DNA of 64,000 nucleotides from Candidatus Eiseniibacteriota bacterium (GTDB taxonomy: Bacteria > Eisenbacteria > RBG-16-71-46 > CAZAMP01), in assembly GCA_965224245.1 (NCBI GenBank), contig OZ245046.1, positions 5,536,001-5,600,000 of the forward strand, given 5' to 3'. Positions 34,401 through 42,397 of this stretch are shown in pieces. Below the pieces are notes generated by a model, which saw only the letters and a program-made list of their open reading frames with translations, did not search any database and had not been told where the DNA came from. The translations under genes and the position numbers were made by a program. Positions within the stretch are counted from its first letter, which is position 1. Each line of letters begins with the position of its first letter.

Positions 34401-34892
34401 CGGCTCGCCCTTCATCGCGAAGACCATCACGAAGCCGACGAGCGCAGCGCCCCACACCACCTGCCAGAGATAGTCGTGGGCGAACTCGGCGAACTCGGGT
34501 GTATGGACCATCAGCAAGCCGAGGGCGACGAGACGACCGACGTTGACCACGGCGATGAAGACGAGCGCGAGCAGCTCGGCCCGGATCTTCGCCTTCCAGG
34601 GCTTCGGGAACGCGACGATGAACGACGTGAGCAGGATGGCGGCGTAGATGCCCGTGCACTCGTCGATGATGACCACCGCGCGGTCCGCGAACAACACGTC
34701 GGTACCGCTGACCGCGGCGTGATGTCCGAAGAGGCGCAGGCCGGCACCCATGGCGCTGGCGAAGGCGAGCTTCAGTGGCCACAGCACGCGACCGGCGATG
34801 GGAAGCTGGAGCAGCAGGAGGCCGGCCGCCGCGAGCGCCCCGAACAGCCCGACGAAGCGCGTCGTCGGTGAGCGAAGTGGGTTGTACGCCAT
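34374..34892 (-). CDS. Exosortase/archaeosortase family transpeptidase (exosortase H-like)
   Basis: Cys-Arg-His triad: IIDECTG, AFP..WKAK, NVGRL, AHDYLWQ; short multi-TM protein; GGAG RBS. Confidence 0.88.
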   Translation of the reverse strand: MAYNPLRSPTTRFVGLFGALAAAGLLLLQLPIAGRVLWPLKLAFASAMGAGLRLFGHHAAVSGTDVLFADRAVVIIDECTGIYAAILLTSFIVAFPKPWKAKIRAELLALVFIAVVNVGRLVALGLLMVHTPEFAEFAHDYLWQVVWGAALVGFVMVFAMKGEPSRRTRATT

Positions 34893-35021
34893 GTTGATCA
34901 CTCCGGGACCGGGTCGTCAGGATACTCCGACCGGCCGGCGCGTGCCTAGTCGCGTCGGGCGGGGCGTCCCGGTACCCGCGCACCGGCCCGCCGGGGGTCA
35001 CACCTTCCCGGGCTCGCCCAC

Positions 35022-38000
35022 ATGATCTCCACCGACCTCACCAGAGTCGGGCCGTACGAGATCGTCGAGCCGATCGGACGGGGCGCGCACAGCCGGGTGT
35101 ATCGCGCGCGCCGCCGTGACGATCCGGTGGACGTGGCGATCAAGATCCTCGACCGCGACGTCATGCGCGGAGAGGTCCGCGAGCGTTTCCTGGCCGAGGC
35201 GAGACTGGTGCGCCTCCTGGACGATCCCGCCATTCCCCGGATCCATGAGGTGGGTCACGCCGGCGGGGTCGACTTCATCGTGATGGACCTGGTGGCCGGG
35301 CGCGCTCTCGACGAGATCCTCCGGGACCGGGGGCGGCTGTCGGTGGCGGAGGTCGTACGCATCGGTCACCAGCTGGCCCGGGTTCTGGTGGTCGCCCACG
35401 CGGCCGGCGTCCGACACGGAGATCTGAAGCCCGCGAACGTGATGCTGTCCCCCGACGGCCGCCTCCAGCTCCTGGACTTCGGGTTGTCGATGACGATCGA
35501 TCCCGACGCGATGACGGTGCCGGGGAGGCTCACCGGGACCGTTGCCTACATGGCGCCCGAGCAGCTCCTCGGCGAGGCGCTCGACGCGCGCGCGGACATC
35601 TACGCGGCGTCGGCCGTGCTGTACGAGCTGCTGGCGGGCCGGCGTCCCTCGCTGGGCGATCGGTTCGAGACCCTCGTACACGCGATCCTGAACGTTCCGC
35701 CGCCGCGGCTCGGCCGCCTCGGCATCGACGTTCCCGAGCCGGTGGAGCGCGTGGTGGTGGCCGGGCTGGCGAAGTCGGTCGGCGACCGGTATCCGACGAC
35801 GGCCGACATGCTGCGGGACTGGGAGATCCTGTACGCCACCGGCGACCCGTCGCAGGCCGCGACCCGCCTCGGGGTCGGTGTGGACGTCTACGCGCGTCTC
35901 GCACGCGAGCGACACGTTCCGATCCTGGGGCGCGAACGCGAGCTGGCGGGGATCGAGCGCGCCGCGCGTCGCGTGCGCGATGGCGGGGCCGAGATCGTCG
36001 TGGTCGAAGGAGACGCGGGGCTCGGCAAGAGCCGCCTCCTCGACGAAGCGGTGGGAACGCTCGACACGATGGGCTATCGCGTCGTGCGCGCGCAGTGCGA
36101 CGCCGGAGGATCGGCGTATCGGCTCTGGGTCGACCTCCTGCGCGAGCTCCTGGCCGACCTCGACGCGAATGGCGCCGCCGGGCTGACCGACGCGCTCGCG
36201 CGGATGGACCTCCGGGTCCACGCGCGGGTGCTGACGTCGTTTCTGGGCTACGCCGCGGATGCGGCCGGCCACCACCGGCCCGACGTGGACGAACTGGCCG
36301 ATCCCGGTCAGCGCATCGTGACCGCGATCGCCGCGGTCGTCGAGCGTGGCGCGGAGGATCGACCCGTCGCGTTCGTGATCGACGACCTGGATCGCGCGGA
36401 CACCCTCTCACGATCGCTGATCGGGCGCGTGGCCGAGCTCGTGCCGCATGCGCCCGTGCTGACGGTCGCGACGTCCACGTCCCGGTTCTGGTCGTCCGGC
36501 TCGCCGGCTCCGGCGCTGGGAATGGTCGGCGATCGCGGTAACCGCGTCCTGACGATGCAGCTCCGCGGTCTCTCCGGCAGACAGGTCGCCGAGCTCGTGC
36601 GCGAGCGACTGGGCGACGCCGACGAGCTCGAAGCGCTGGCCGAGCAGATCTCCTTCGACAGCCGCGGCAACCCCCTTCACGTGGTCGAGATGCTGACGTT
36701 TCTGGAGACGCGGGGCCTCCTCCGGCGCCGGTCCGGACGCTGGGTGCTGACGGGGCCCGTGCGGGGACTGCCGCTTCCGAGGCGCCTGGCCGATGCGCTC
36801 GCCGCGCGCGTCGACGCGCTCACCGACGTCGACCGGCGCACTCTGGAGACAGCCGCCGTGGCCGGCGATACGTTTCGGGCACACGTGGTGGCCCGCGCTT
36901 CCGGAGTGACCCCGGCCACCGGCCTCGGCGTGCTCCGCCGCCTCGAGGCCGAAGGCGGGCTGGTCGTGTCCACACCGAGCGGCTACCGGTTCACGTCCCG
37001 CGCGATCCGGGAGCAGCTCCATCGGCGTCTCGACGAGGCCCGAGCCCGTGAGATCCACGGTGCACTCGGCGACGCGTACGTCGACGAGACCGGCGACGAC
37101 ACACACGCCCGCATCGTGGCCGAGCACTTGCTCCAGGGGGGCCGATACGAGGCCGCGGCCGAGATGTTCGAGCGCGCCGCCGAGCGAGACTTCTCGCTCT
37201 TCGTGAACGATGCCGCCGCGGAGGCGTTCGAGCGCGCGCGCGCGATCTGGGAGGACCACGATCCCGAGGCGGGGCTGCCGGCCCTCTGCCGGCTCGGCCG
37301 CCGGCTGAGCGCGGTCGAGGTGCGATGCGGCCGGCTGGACGATGCGCTCCTGACCGCGTCCCTCGTGGAGCCGCTCACGACCCGGCTCGGGGACGCGAGC
37401 GAGCTCGGCGAGCTCCGGCTCGTCATCACCGAGGCTCGATCGCTGCGGGACGGCGGCGACCGGGCGCTCGAGACCGCCGCACTGGCACGAGACGCGTTCG
37501 CCCGCGCCGGCGACGAGGGGGGACTCGCTCGCGTCGCCGAGCTCGAAGGCGTCGTCCGCCAGCATCAGGGCCGGATCTCCGACGCGCTCGATCGGTTCGA
37601 CGAGGCTCTCCGCCGCGCGACCGCGATCGAGGACTCCTGGACGATCGCACGCGCGCACTACCGGCGCGGGAGCTGCCTCAGGCGTCTCGGCCGGCTGGAC
37701 GAGAGCCTCGAGTCGCTCCGTGCCGCGCGCGACCGCCTCTCCGAGAGCGGAGACGTGATCGCCGCCGCCAGTGCGAGCGGCGAGATCGGGAGCGTGCTGT
37801 TCCAGCGCCGCGAGTACGACGAGGCCAGTGCGGAGTACCTGGCGTGCTTGCGCGTGATGCGCGCGTCCGGCGACGTGCGCCGCCACGCCATCGCGGTCAT
37901 GAACGCCGGCAACGCCGACTTCGCACGGGGCGCGCTCCTGGGTGCGATCAATCTCTACCGCGAAGCTCTGCGCCTGAGGCTGGCGCTCGGCGACGACGGT

Positions 38001-38906
38001 GGCATCGGCCGCGTCCAGCTGAATCTCGCACACGTGTACCTCCACGTCGGCCTGTACCGACATGCGGTGCTGGCGGCACACGATGCGCTGGAGCGGTGCG
38101 AGCGACTCGAGGATCCGCGCCAGTTCGGGAACGCGGCGGCGCTGGTCGGTGTGCTGTACCGGGATCTGGGTGAGGTCGAGCGCGCCGATGACGCGTTTCG
38201 ATCCGCCGAGGAGGTGTTCGCGGGTGCCGGGCTCGAGGCGCGACGGCGCCAGGCGCGGCTCGAGCGCGCTGCGCTGGCCGCGTCCACGGGGGACGTCGAC
38301 GCCGCGCGCGGGATCCTGTCGGACGAACGCTCCGCCGACGGTGGGGACGGCACGCCGGCAGCCGATTCCGACGACGACGCCGACATCGGCACCGAGCTGG
38401 AGATCGCGCGTGCGGCCGGTGATCACGCGCGCGCCGCCGCCGTGGCGGGCCGGCTGGTGGATGCAATGGCGCGAGCCGGGCATCGGCTGCAGAGACTGGG
38501 CGCCGAGGTGACACTCCTCGAGTGCCGGACGCAGCTGATGGGCGCCGGCACCCCGCTCGACGGGGTCGGCGAGTACGCCGAGCTGGGCGCGCTGGCCCGG
38601 CGACTTCTCGGGCGGGCGGTCGACGCGCACGCGCGGCCGCTGGAGCTCCGCATTCGCTTCGCCGGCGCCGAGATCGTGGGACGCCGGCGTCCGGCCGACG
38701 CCATCGAGACGCTCCTTCCCGCCCTGGCGCGGGCGGACGAGATCCTCCCCGACGTGCCGCCCGATTTTCGGCTGGGGTGGGCAACGCGCTTTGGGTACCT
38801 TCGTGCGCTGAAACTCTGGGAGAGCTGGGCCCGCGAGCTTCCCGACGAGGGTATCCGTGGCCAGCACCTGGCGCGGATCGCGACGCGCCGAGCCGAGCTC
38901 GGCTGA
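35022..38906 (+). CDS. Ser/Thr kinase - AAA ATPase (STAND-like) - TPR protein
   Basis: IGRGAHSRVY, VAIK, HGDLKPAN, DFG, YMAPE; LGRERE, Walker A GDAGLGKS, Walker B FVIDDL, GNPL; long TPR array. Confidence 0.92.
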   Translation: MISTDLTRVGPYEIVEPIGRGAHSRVYRARRRDDPVDVAIKILDRDVMRGEVRERFLAEARLVRLLDDPAIPRIHEVGHAGGVDFIVMDLVAGRALDEILRDRGRLSVAEVVRIGHQLARVLVVAHAAGVRHGDLKPANVMLSPDGRLQLLDFGLSMTIDPDAMTVPGRLTGTVAYMAPEQLLGEALDARADIYAASAVLYELLAGRRPSLGDRFETLVHAILNVPPPRLGRLGIDVPEPVERVVVAGLAKSVGDRYPTTADMLRDWEILYATGDPSQAATRLGVGVDVYARLARERHVPILGRERELAGIERAARRVRDGGAEIVVVEGDAGLGKSRLLDEAVGTLDTMGYRVVRAQCDAGGSAYRLWVDLLRELLADLDANGAAGLTDALARMDLRVHARVLTSFLGYAADAAGHHRPDVDELADPGQRIVTAIAAVVERGAEDRPVAFVIDDLDRADTLSRSLIGRVAELVPHAPVLTVATSTSRFWSSGSPAPALGMVGDRGNRVLTMQLRGLSGRQVAELVRERLGDADELEALAEQISFDSRGNPLHVVEMLTFLETRGLLRRRSGRWVLTGPVRGLPLPRRLADALAARVDALTDVDRRTLETAAVAGDTFRAHVVARASGVTPATGLGVLRRLEAEGGLVVSTPSGYRFTSRAIREQLHRRLDEARAREIHGALGDAYVDETGDDTHARIVAEHLLQGGRYEAAAEMFERAAERDFSLFVNDAAAEAFERARAIWEDHDPEAGLPALCRLGRRLSAVEVRCGRLDDALLTASLVEPLTTRLGDASELGELRLVITEARSLRDGGDRALETAALARDAFARAGDEGGLARVAELEGVVRQHQGRISDALDRFDEALRRATAIEDSWTIARAHYRRGSCLRRLGRLDESLESLRAARDRLSESGDVIAAASASGEIGSVLFQRREYDEASAEYLACLRVMRASGDVRRHAIAVMNAGNADFARGALLGAINLYREALRLRLALGDDGGIGRVQLNLAHVYLHVGLYRHAVLAAHDALERCERLEDPRQFGNAAALVGVLYRDLGEVERADDAFRSAEEVFAGAGLEARRRQARLERAALAASTGDVDAARGILSDERSADGGDGTPAADSDDDADIGTELEIARAAGDHARAAAVAGRLVDAMARAGHRLQRLGAEVTLLECRTQLMGAGTPLDGVGEYAELGALARRLLGRAVDAHARPLELRIRFAGAEIVGRRRPADAIETLLPALARADEILPDVPPDFRLGWATRFGYLRALKLWESWARELPDEGIRGQHLARIATRRAELG

Positions 38907-38966
38907 AGAGCAGACGACTGTCACGAGGCGCCCCCGGCGGGCCGCCCGTGCTTGGAGGCGAGAACC

Positions 38967-40067
38967 ATGGGTGCCACGCCGATGCGGATCGGCATCTTGA
39001 CCGGCGGCGGCGATTGTCCCGGCCTGAACGCGGTCATCCGGGCGGTGGCCAAGCCGGCGATGTACGAGCATCGCGCCACGGTGTTCGGCATCGAGGACGG
39101 CTTCGAAGGGCTGGTCGAGGGCCGGTTGCGCCAGCTCACGCAGGCCGACGTGTCGGGAATCATCAACCTGGGCGGCACGATCCTCGGCACGTCCAACAAG
39201 GCCGACCCGTTCCACTACCCGATCCTCGACCACGAGGCCAACATCCAGATCGTCGACGCCTCGGCGAAGGCGTTGCATCACATCGACGGCTGGAACATCG
39301 ACGCGCTGGTGGCCATCGGTGGCGATGGCAGCATGCACATCTCCCGCAAGCTGATGGATCTGGGCGTCAACGTGGTCGGCGTACCCAAGACGATCGACAA
39401 CGATCTTCCGGGCACCGATCTCACGTTCGGCTTCGACTCGGCGGTCATGGTGGCCACCGAGGCCATCGATCGCCTGCACACCACGGCGGAATCGCACCAC
39501 CGCGTGATGGTCATCGAGGTCATGGGGCGCTACGCGGGCTGGATCGCCCTGCACGCGGGGCTGGCCGGGGGCGCGGACATCATCCTGATCCCGGAGATCG
39601 AGTTCGACTGGGAGGTCGTCTTCCGGCGAGTCAAGGCTCGATCCACGCAGGGAAAGCGGTTCAGCATCGTCTGCGTCGCCGAGGGAGCCAAGCCCAAGGG
39701 TGGTGAGGTGGTGGTGAAGTCGTACGACAGGCGTCGCACCGACGCCCGCAAGCTCGGCGGCATCGGCGATCTGGTCACCCAGAAGATCACCGAGAACACG
39801 GAGCTCGAGTGCCGCACGACGGTGCTGGGGCATCTGCAGCGGGGCGGCTCCCCGACGCCGTTCGACCGTGTGCTCGCCAGTCGCTTCGGTGCCCGCGCCG
39901 CCGAGTGCGTGGCCAACGGCAGCTACGGCGTGATGGTCGCGCTCCGCGGCAACGAGGTCACGACGGTCTCGCTGGAGGAGGCGGTGGCGGAGCAACGGCT
40001 CGTCGCCCGCGATTCGCAGACTGTCATGACCGCGCGCGCGGTGGGTACGTCGTTCGGCGACGAGTGA
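38967..40067 (+). CDS. pfkA: 6-phosphofructokinase (PfkA family, group III-like)
   Basis: TGGGDCPGLN, GGTILGT, GGDGS, PKTIDND, EVMGRYAG, LGHLQRGG. Confidence 0.96.
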   Translation: MGATPMRIGILTGGGDCPGLNAVIRAVAKPAMYEHRATVFGIEDGFEGLVEGRLRQLTQADVSGIINLGGTILGTSNKADPFHYPILDHEANIQIVDASAKALHHIDGWNIDALVAIGGDGSMHISRKLMDLGVNVVGVPKTIDNDLPGTDLTFGFDSAVMVATEAIDRLHTTAESHHRVMVIEVMGRYAGWIALHAGLAGGADIILIPEIEFDWEVVFRRVKARSTQGKRFSIVCVAEGAKPKGGEVVVKSYDRRRTDARKLGGIGDLVTQKITENTELECRTTVLGHLQRGGSPTPFDRVLASRFGARAAECVANGSYGVMVALRGNEVTTVSLEEAVAEQRLVARDSQTVMTARAVGTSFGDE

Positions 40068-40094
40068 CGGGGATGATCACCGGCCCCGGCGACG

Positions 40095-40421
40095 TCAGTC
40101 GACGTGAAAGAGTCGATCGAAGTTCGAGACCTGCAGAATGCTCCGAACCTCGGGGGTGCAGTTGGCCACGCGAACAATCGCGTCGGTCGGTCCCCCGGGG
40201 CGCTCGGTGTGCTCCTTCAAGAGAAAGAGCATCCCGAGGGCCGCGCTGTCCATGTAGTCCACGTCGGTGAGATCGACCGTCCAGTCGGTCGTCGATCCGG
40301 CGGCGGACTCGTAGGCGCGCCGAAACGACTCGTACACGTGAACGTCGAACCTGCCGGACAGGACGATCACGACCTCGCCGGTCTTCTCTGTCCGAACGTC
40401 GACTCGGGTGGACTTGCTCAC
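40095..40421 (-). CDS. STAS domain anti-sigma-factor antagonist
   Basis: LSGRFD, VDLTDVDYMDSAALGML, ILQVSNFDRLF. Confidence 0.92.
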   Translation of the reverse strand: MSKSTRVDVRTEKTGEVVIVLSGRFDVHVYESFRRAYESAAGSTTDWTVDLTDVDYMDSAALGMLFLLKEHTERPGGPTDAIVRVANCTPEVRSILQVSNFDRLFHVD

Positions 40422-40629
40422 GGGCTCCCTCGCCTGGGGCTCGCGGAGACGGTCGGCGGGAACGAAGGTGTTATCGGCCGGCGCGCGGTGATGAGCCCGT
40501 GAGAAGTGGGGGCGGGGACCGACGGTGGCGCGAACCGCGCAGCGTATCGCCCGGGCACGAGTCCGGGACGAAGGGCGGGCCGCCGCGCCACGCGGGGAGG
40601 GGTCACGCGGCGCGGCGGCTCGTCTCGGC

Positions 40630-42282
40630 CTACTTGGTCAGGATCAGCCGCTGCGAACGGGTCACGTCACCGACCGTCAGGCGAGCGGTGTAGATCCCGG
40701 ACGCCAGCGGAAGACCCGACGCGGAGCGACCGTCCCAGCGCGCCGAGTGGCGACCCGGCGTGGCGCCGCCCTCGACGAGCGTCCGGACGTGCGAGCCCCG
40801 GACGTCGTAAATCGCCAGCTCCAGCGCTCGCCCGGCCATGTCCTCGGACACGTCGTACCGGAGCGTCGTCGTCGGATTGAACGGATTGGGCGAGGCCTCG
40901 TGCAACGCGATCGCCAGCGCGCCCGGCGCCGACCCGGCGACGTCCACCGTGGTGGGCGCCAGCAGGAAGTCGTGGTCCAGCGAGCCGAGGTCGGCCAGTG
41001 CGACGTCCTCGTCGAGGGTCGTGTAGCCCTCGGCGGACACCTGGAACGCGTGCATCCCCGAGCCGGTCTTGAGCACGTAGTCACCGGACGCGTCCGAGAG
41101 CGCCGTCCGGTTGGCGGTGAGGCTCCGGACCGTGGCTCCCTCGATCGGCGCGAGCGTGTTGGCGTCGAGCACCTGGCCGGAGATCGTGGACTTGCGCGCG
41201 CCGTTGAAGCTGACCGTGAAGAAGCCGTTCTGCCAGTCCGAGAGGAAGATGCGATCGTCACCCTGGAACGGGTACACGCCCCAGTTGCCCTCGAAGAGCC
41301 CGCCCGGCGTCTGCGGGAACGTGTCGTAGAACGCCACCTCCACCGGCTCGGTGGGATCGGAAGCGTCGAAGATACGGAGGCCTTCCTGGTAGCAGCTCAG
41401 GTAGATGAAGTCACCGATGCAGTAGGCGTTGTGAACGGTGATGTTGGGGTCGCTCTTCATGTTCTCGGAGCGCCAGCGCCACACCTCGGTCGGCGTGCCG
41501 TTCAGGTCCCACACGCGGATGCTGCCCTGATCGTAGAAGAAGTCGTCGAGCGGCGACTGGATCTCCTCGGTGGTGATGACGTAGCCCGTGTCGCGGATCG
41601 GGTAGATCGTGTGCTGGTAGTAGACCGTGTCCGGGTCGTTGGGCGTGAAGCTCGTGATGAGCGCCGGGGCCGCCGGATTGGAGAAGTCGTACACCTCGCA
41701 GCTCGTGAAGCCGTCGGCGCAGTACAGCACGTCGTCCACGATGGAGTTGTCGTGGATGTCCGTCCCCACCGTGGTCACGTAGGTGGGCGACGACGGTACC
41801 GACACGTTGACGATCGCGTTGCCGGTGACCGAGCCGTATCCCGACAGCACGACGTGGTCGCCGTACGGCCAGATGTTGTGGACGTAGTCGGGGAACGTCG
41901 GCTGGGCGAGCTCGGCGAGGCTCGTCGGTGCCGCCGGATTCGTGACGTCGAGGATCACCGCTCCGAAGCCCTCGCCCGTTTCGTTGGACAGGATGAGACT
42001 GTTCGCCCCGATCGGACGCGGATCGTACACCCGGATGTCGAGGCTCGGGTGGTCCCAGCTCCCCACCACGGACGGGTTGTCCGGGTCGGACACGTCGATG
42101 ATGTCGACGCCGTCGTGGTGGCGGCCCAGGAAGACGTAGTCACCCCGTGCCGAGATGTCGGAGCAGGGTTCGATCGCCAGGTGCGACCTGAGCTCGACGT
42201 TGAAGTTGGTCTGGGCGATCGCGCCGGTGGCGATCGTCGTGACGGCGGCCAGCGAGACGGCGAACGTCGCGAACCTCATCAT
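40630..42282 (-). CDS. Secreted LVIVD / choice-of-anchor B-like propeller + carboxypeptidase-regulatory-like domain + FlgD-Ig CTD
   Basis: IIDVSDP repeats, YVHN, IHD, TVHN, FYDT, GNWGVYPF, LSD..NG; PNPFNP CTD; signal peptide. Confidence 0.88.
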   Translation of the reverse strand: MMRFATFAVSLAAVTTIATGAIAQTNFNVELRSHLAIEPCSDISARGDYVFLGRHHDGVDIIDVSDPDNPSVVGSWDHPSLDIRVYDPRPIGANSLILSNETGEGFGAVILDVTNPAAPTSLAELAQPTFPDYVHNIWPYGDHVVLSGYGSVTGNAIVNVSVPSSPTYVTTVGTDIHDNSIVDDVLYCADGFTSCEVYDFSNPAAPALITSFTPNDPDTVYYQHTIYPIRDTGYVITTEEIQSPLDDFFYDQGSIRVWDLNGTPTEVWRWRSENMKSDPNITVHNAYCIGDFIYLSCYQEGLRIFDASDPTEPVEVAFYDTFPQTPGGLFEGNWGVYPFQGDDRIFLSDWQNGFFTVSFNGARKSTISGQVLDANTLAPIEGATVRSLTANRTALSDASGDYVLKTGSGMHAFQVSAEGYTTLDEDVALADLGSLDHDFLLAPTTVDVAGSAPGALAIALHEASPNPFNPTTTLRYDVSEDMAGRALELAIYDVRGSHVRTLVEGGATPGRHSARWDGRSASGLPLASGIYTARLTVGDVTRSQRLILTK

Positions 42283-42397
42283 CCCCTCCAGTGTTGCGCC
42301 CCCGGCGCGCGTGTTGTGTCTCGGCCCCTTCGTCTCTCCTCGAACCGTTTCGATCGACGCCCGCACCGGCGTGTCGGTCACGGGCGTCCATGCCCCG

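Noticed and set aside
36408-39995. 1195-aa minus-strand ORF, and similar long ORFs 48350-51358, 3114-5114, 561-2306, 40525-42615, 43115-44950, 55798-57414
   Set aside because: Antisense shadows of well-supported genes; high GC suppresses stops; no motifs, Arg/Gly/Ala-rich composition
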